Assembly (NCBI GenBank): GCA_012295275.1
Contig: CM022675.1
Coordinates: 10,416,001 to 10,480,000 of the forward strand
DNA from: Chrysomallon squamiferum
Lineage: Eukaryota > Animalia > Mollusca
Direction of reading: 5' to 3'
DNA: 64,000 bases
In this document: in pieces, positions 58,938-64,000 of the stretch
Layout: each line of letters begins with the position of its first letter
Numbering within the stretch: position 1 is the first letter of the stretch
Notes under the pieces: model-generated
The model's database searches: none
Told to the model about the DNA's origin: nothing
What the model saw: only the letters and a program-made list of their open reading frames with translations
Made by a program: the position numbers and the translations under genes

Positions 58938-60582
58938 CAGTATTCTTAAACCAACAAAACATCAACTCACAATAGCCAAAGTATCCACGGAACATGCAAC
59001 GTTTTATCGGTGTCTAACTATCTGTATAATTTACCTATTCAGTTTGGTATATGTTGTTTTACAGGTTCAAATATATTTATGTGCAAAACACTGGAGCAAG
59101 GTTATTAAAATTCCTTTAAATCACTGCAGAAAATCGTGCTCGAAAACCAGACAGCAAAAATGTAGAGGACAGGAAGCCAGTTCAGTTTATGTAAGAGATA
59201 CGACTGATTTTGAATTCAAATATGACTAAAAACAGACAACAGTTTTAAGGTTATTATGCTTTCTGTATGACGTATATTTACAAAACAATATTACTGAGAA
59301 AGGAAGTTAAAGCTTTGTAAATTAATTTTAGACTTCTTCTTCTTTCTTTCTTTAAAATCTAAATATTGTATGCAAAGATGCAGAAGAATACTGGTTATTT
59401 GTTTCTTTCATTTCTCTCTCTTTCTCTATCTCTCCCTCTGTTACAGGCACACATAATTTCTCACTCTTTCACTTTGTATTAAGATATATAAATATGATTA
59501 TCACACACACATCCACGCCCCCCACACATGTATGAATGTATGAGTCTATATTTAAATTATACATCATTCAGCATCAGATAAAAGAGAACAAGCGGAAGAA
59601 AAGTTCTCGTTTACAGAAGAAAGACTAAACCAAATATGGCGGCAAAGTCGAAGTCGACATTGACAGCGTGATATCAATTGTTCGAAACAAGTACACACAC
59701 ACCACTGTGACATCTATATGAGAGAATGGACGTGTATATATATATATATGTATATTGTATATTAAAAAGGAAAATAAATTCCTTTCTTCGAATTTTAGAA
59801 ATAAAAGAAAGAACGAATTTAAATCCAAACTAAAACAGGTTTTTCGTTAGTAATCAATTACATATTCTTTTATTTTATTTTATTTTTATATTTATTTATT
59901 TTTTAATTTTAATTTTAAAACGTCGAGGAGAGTATAAAGTAAAATACTATTTCAACACAAAAGCCAACAACAAAAAACAATTAACATGTTGGATAAAATA
60001 TTACAAAAAACAATAAGTGAAGGAAGAAGAACAATGACAGACATTATGTAGATTGACAGATACACAGATACATACACACGTACACAGAACACACCCACAC
60101 TACATAAAAAATGCTATTAGCTTTTGATTCTGCCTCCCTGCCTTCATTTCGATTTTTAAAAAAAAAGAAGAAAGAGTTATTTCCCTTCGATCGTCATTAA
60201 TAGAGGATCATGAACAGCTATTTTAAACCAATTTAAACCTAAAAAAAGTGACATTTGTGGGATGGAATTGCCAGAGAACAGAAATATATATATATGGAGA
60301 AAAATGTCGTATTTAAAGATTTTTAAATATGTGAAAAGGATAGAAATTTAAATAATTAACAGTCATTTTATAAACAGAATTACATTAATTAAAGCTTCAT
60401 TTTTATAATTTGTTCGGTGACCTTAAGAATACTTGCAGGTGAAAGAGAAGGAATTCTCTGACAGATTATTTTAACTTACAGTTAACTTAAAATTTATGTT
60501 TGTGTATATGTATGTCCTTGATATATATCTGTACGTATGTACGTATGTACGTACATGTGTGTGTGTGTGTATGTATAGATAG

Positions 60583-60588
<6 letters not shown>

Positions 60589-60672
<84 letters not shown>
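60589..60672. repeat. (GA)n microsatellite
   Basis: Directly visible. Confidence 0.95.
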
Positions 60673-60675
<3 letters not shown>

Positions 60676-60814
60676 GCTGTTCTATAATGAATTCCGATAA
60701 TGAAGACTATTATCTTCACATTACAGTAAAAATATTAGTACGTTAGATAATTAAAGAGAAAAGATTTAGGATTTTGTGCTTTTGTAAAATTTCCAAATTA
60801 GCTCTGGATAGAGG

Positions 60815-60875
60815 TGCCTGGGGGCGATCCTGCTACCTATCTATCTTCAGTCCAGTGTGCCATACCAAACCCGGC
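60815..60875 (-). mobile_element. Degenerate tRNA-derived segment (tRNA-Phe-like pseudogene or SINE head)
   Basis: Minus strand reads GCCGGGTTTGGTATGGCACACTGGACTGAAGATAGATAGGTAGCAGGATCGCCCCCAGG. GACTGAAGAT resembles the Phe(GAA) anticodon loop; GGATCGCCCC is a decayed B box. The stems do not close. Confidence 0.35.
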
Positions 60876-60959
60876 ATATATTACAACACACGGAATACTT
60901 TTGTTGCGATAGTATTATAATTCTGAGGAAGGAACGAACTTGACATTTCCACCTGCAGA

Positions 60960-61217
60960 TTATGCAGCGCGATAAATTCAATATAAATTTATCCGCGCGT
61001 GTTAGGTGTCGGAAATCAGCGCCTCAGAAGACGCGGGGCGGGCAGAAAGAAAGGAAGTGCAAATGTCGCAACCATTTCCGTTGTCATGCGCAGAGGAATT
61101 TAAATATCCTTGAGCCTGTCCTTGTGAATCGACCTCTTGTCGCCAAAGCGCGTCAGGATTTCCGGTGTCTGAGTGACGCGTTTGGCTGTTCCGTTCAAAC
61201 CCTCGCCCTTGTCGCGT
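60960..61217. promoter_or_regulatory. Isolated CpG/GC-rich island, promoter- or enhancer-like
   Basis: Dense CpG and CGCG, GC box GGGGCGGG (~61035), ETS-like GGAAGT and ATTTCCGG, TGCGCA; flanked by very AT-rich DNA. Confidence 0.5.
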
Positions 61218-61875
61218 TTTTGTTCTGTTTTAAATTTTAATTACTAGAATTAGAAAGTCAAACTGAAAGCTGGAATGGTTAATGAAAAAAAAATCAGTTT
61301 AAACAGATAACAGAAAAAAAGGTGGAGGGGGGGGGAAAATAATAATAATAAAAAAGAAAAAGAGAAAGAAAATAACTCCAACAGAACACCAGTAATCTAA
61401 AAAAAAAAAAAATAATAATAATAACAACAATAAAATGACAATAATAATAGTAAAATAATTAACAATACAGAAATAGTGAGAAGGAGATTAAAAAATATAT
61501 ATATCCCAACAAAGATAAGTAGTAAATAAATAATTAGATATCTGTAAATAAAATATCAACAAAAATAACAACAACAAGAAAGAACAAAAACAACAGTAAC
61601 TGTTGCCCTAATAAATAAATAAATAAATAAATAAATAATAACAAGTGTTTTCTTTAATCATAATACATTATTGATATTACGTGATAAACTATTAAAATTC
61701 AAAGTACTGCCCGATAAAAAGACAAAATGCTAGATAAAGATTTACAGTGCATGACTTGAGATCTATTTTTAAACTTTTTATTTTATTTTTTATTTAATAA
61801 TTATGTTGGCAACACTATATTTCTTCTGCAAAGATATCGTGATATTGTATGCAATTATACTTAGAAAATCTGCAG

Positions 61876-61931
<56 letters not shown>

Positions 61932-62500
61932 TACATAAACACACACATATATACACATACACACACGCGCATACATATTCATCGCTATATATTTGTGTGT
62001 GTGTGTGCATGTGTGTGTGTGTGTGTATGTGAGTGTGTTTATTTATGTAATTTTTTAAAGTGTAATAATAAATAATTTTATCCCAGAATCAAGTTTATTC
62101 AATACAAGCTAAAGTGAATTATTAATAACTACATTTCATAAATAATAAGAATTAAAAACCGATAAATCTACATTTTCATTATTTTTTATTAAATTCATTA
62201 TAACAGAAAGTTGTTAAAAATGATACAAAATCATATTTGATTAAAAAGGACCTAATTTAACATTTTAGTTATCTGTAAATAAAACATCAACAATTATTTC
62301 ACAAAAAAAAAAAAAAAAAAAAAATGAACATATATATTTCATGACAAATTCTTCTTCATAAGTAACTATGATTTTTTTAAATTTTTTATTAAAATGACAT
62401 TTTGACCCATTTCATAGATTATTCAAATATTTATGATAAATTCTTTTTCATAAGTTCAAATACTAATTTTATAAAAACAGGTTTATATTATATTCTCTTT

Positions 62501-62504
<4 letters not shown>

Positions 62505-62548
<44 letters not shown>

Positions 62549-62558
62549 TACATATAAA

Positions 62559-62614
<56 letters not shown>
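62505..62614. repeat. (TA)n-(CA)n microsatellite
   Basis: Directly visible. Confidence 0.95.
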
Positions 62615-62617
<3 letters not shown>

Positions 62618-62939
62618 GTTTTACCGGAGGACTTTTAAAGTAAATTTTGTTTTAAAAATTAGGGTCATGTTTTATTAAAACGTCAGAGTTTCGATAAAGA
62701 AAAGAATTATTCGCCAGAGCTTTAATGACGCGAGTGATCGATTTCAAGTGGGCCCTCAGGTAACAGATTTCAAAGGTGTAATTAATTAGACCGCAGAAAA
62801 ATTACTCACCTGGATTTCTCACGTGGGCTTAATCTTCTAAAGTGTTAATGTAATTAATATATTTACATTTATTTATGGGCCGAGCTCAGAGTATCCGAAT
62901 AAATATTTAATTTTCTTTTTCGTTTGCTTTTTGGTGATA

Positions 62940-63254
62940 ATGTTGTTGTTGTTGTTATCATTATTAATATTATTTTTATTATTATTATTATTATTGTTAC
63001 TGTTATTTTTATTATTATTTTTATTATTGTTTGTATTATTATTAATGTTATTATTATTGTAGATATTATTATTGTTTATTGTTGTTGTTGTTGTTGTTGT
63101 TGTTCTTTTTATTACATTGTTGTTGTTGTTGTTGTTGTCTTTGACTCTGACTGAAATGGAAAGAGAGAGAGAGTATCATGCACATGCGCACTGAGATATA
63201 TCGATAGATACAGATAAAGAGAATAACAATAATATAAATAATAACTACTTTAAA

Positions 63255-63299
<45 letters not shown>

Positions 63300-63400
63300 C
63301 AACAACAACAACAACAACAAGAAGAAGAAGAAGAAGAAGAAGAAAAAGAAGAAGAAAAATAATAATAAGAAAAAGAAGAAGAACAACAACAACCACAATA
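62940..63400. repeat. Low-complexity trinucleotide tracts (ATT/GTT/AAT/AAC/AAG)
   Basis: Directly visible. Confidence 0.9.
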
Positions 63401-63486
63401 GCAACAAACCATTAAACCAAAAAAAAAAAAAAAATCAGCATTCCTTACTATACCCATTGCCTCTAACAACCTCTGAAAAATATTTC

Positions 63487-63803
63487 TCTTCTTAATATTA
63501 TTATTATTATTATTATCATTATTTTATTCCAACACGTCTTTCCTAATAATCCAGGCTTCAGAAAAGCAAAATGTAATATACCTGTGTCCCTTTAACTGTG
63601 ATAAATTTACCAGCTGGGTGATGCATGACACAAAACCGAACTTTGACGACCTCATGCAATAAATAAGGAACAGGGCCATTCATCAAACTAAGCTTGTGTT
63701 TCTTCAAATCATCTTATTGGTAATTGGTTGAAAGCTCTTGGGGCATAGGTTGACCATCAAGGGGATTTCGTATGGATGGTTTAATAGCGAAAGGATTTCT
63801 CAA
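63487..63803 (-). mobile_element. Short dispersed repeat, copy 2, intergenic, opposite orientation
   Basis: Reverse complement matches 45109-45418 (CCCTTGATGGTCAACCTATGCCCCAAGAGC...CTGAAGCCTGGATTATTAG), including the (AAT)n tail. Confidence 0.75.
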
Positions 63804-64000
63804 AGCTGAAGTAGGTAGCCAACGAAAAGATTGTTCTTTTTGAGTTTTAAAGAGAATGGAAAGACGTTGATGTCAATGTGCTTTTAGTGGTGTTGTGAAG
63901 AATTTAAAAAACTGTATTTGTTTCGGAAACAAAAGAAGAAGAAAGAAAGAAAAAAAAAGGTCCTTTTTAATATTTCTGTGTATTTTGTGTTATTATTATT

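Noticed and set aside
61104-61111. U12-type donor words (ATATCCTT here and at ~30392, GTATCCTT at 50491)
   Set aside because: Not at any exon boundary of the models; no U12 intron is needed in any of the five genes.

Overview
AT-rich, microsatellite-dense animal genomic DNA with spliceosomal introns, probably molluscan (inference from composition and gene content). I assembled five intron-containing genes by hand with phase-consistent splice sites. (1) TOPBP1, + strand, 43 coding exons, ~1649 aa. (2) CEP70, - strand, 19 exons, ~626 aa. (3) HSPBAP1 (JmjC), + strand, head-to-head with CEP70; its last exon is split over two reading frames. (4, 5) A tandem pair of - strand double-hotdog proteins resembling plant/bacterial acyl-ACP thioesterases. 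The most striking signal is that the two thioesterase paralogs carry different organellar addresses: one has a mitochondrial-type N-terminal presequence exon, the other ends in the peroxisomal signal -SKL. Also seen: a GC-AG intron, a possible TG/AG tandem acceptor and two cryptic exons in TOPBP1; a ~310-bp dispersed repeat present twice in opposite orientation; a CpG mosaic pattern; a degenerate tRNA-like head; many simple repeats. Family assignments come from recognised motifs and remembered homologs, not database searches.
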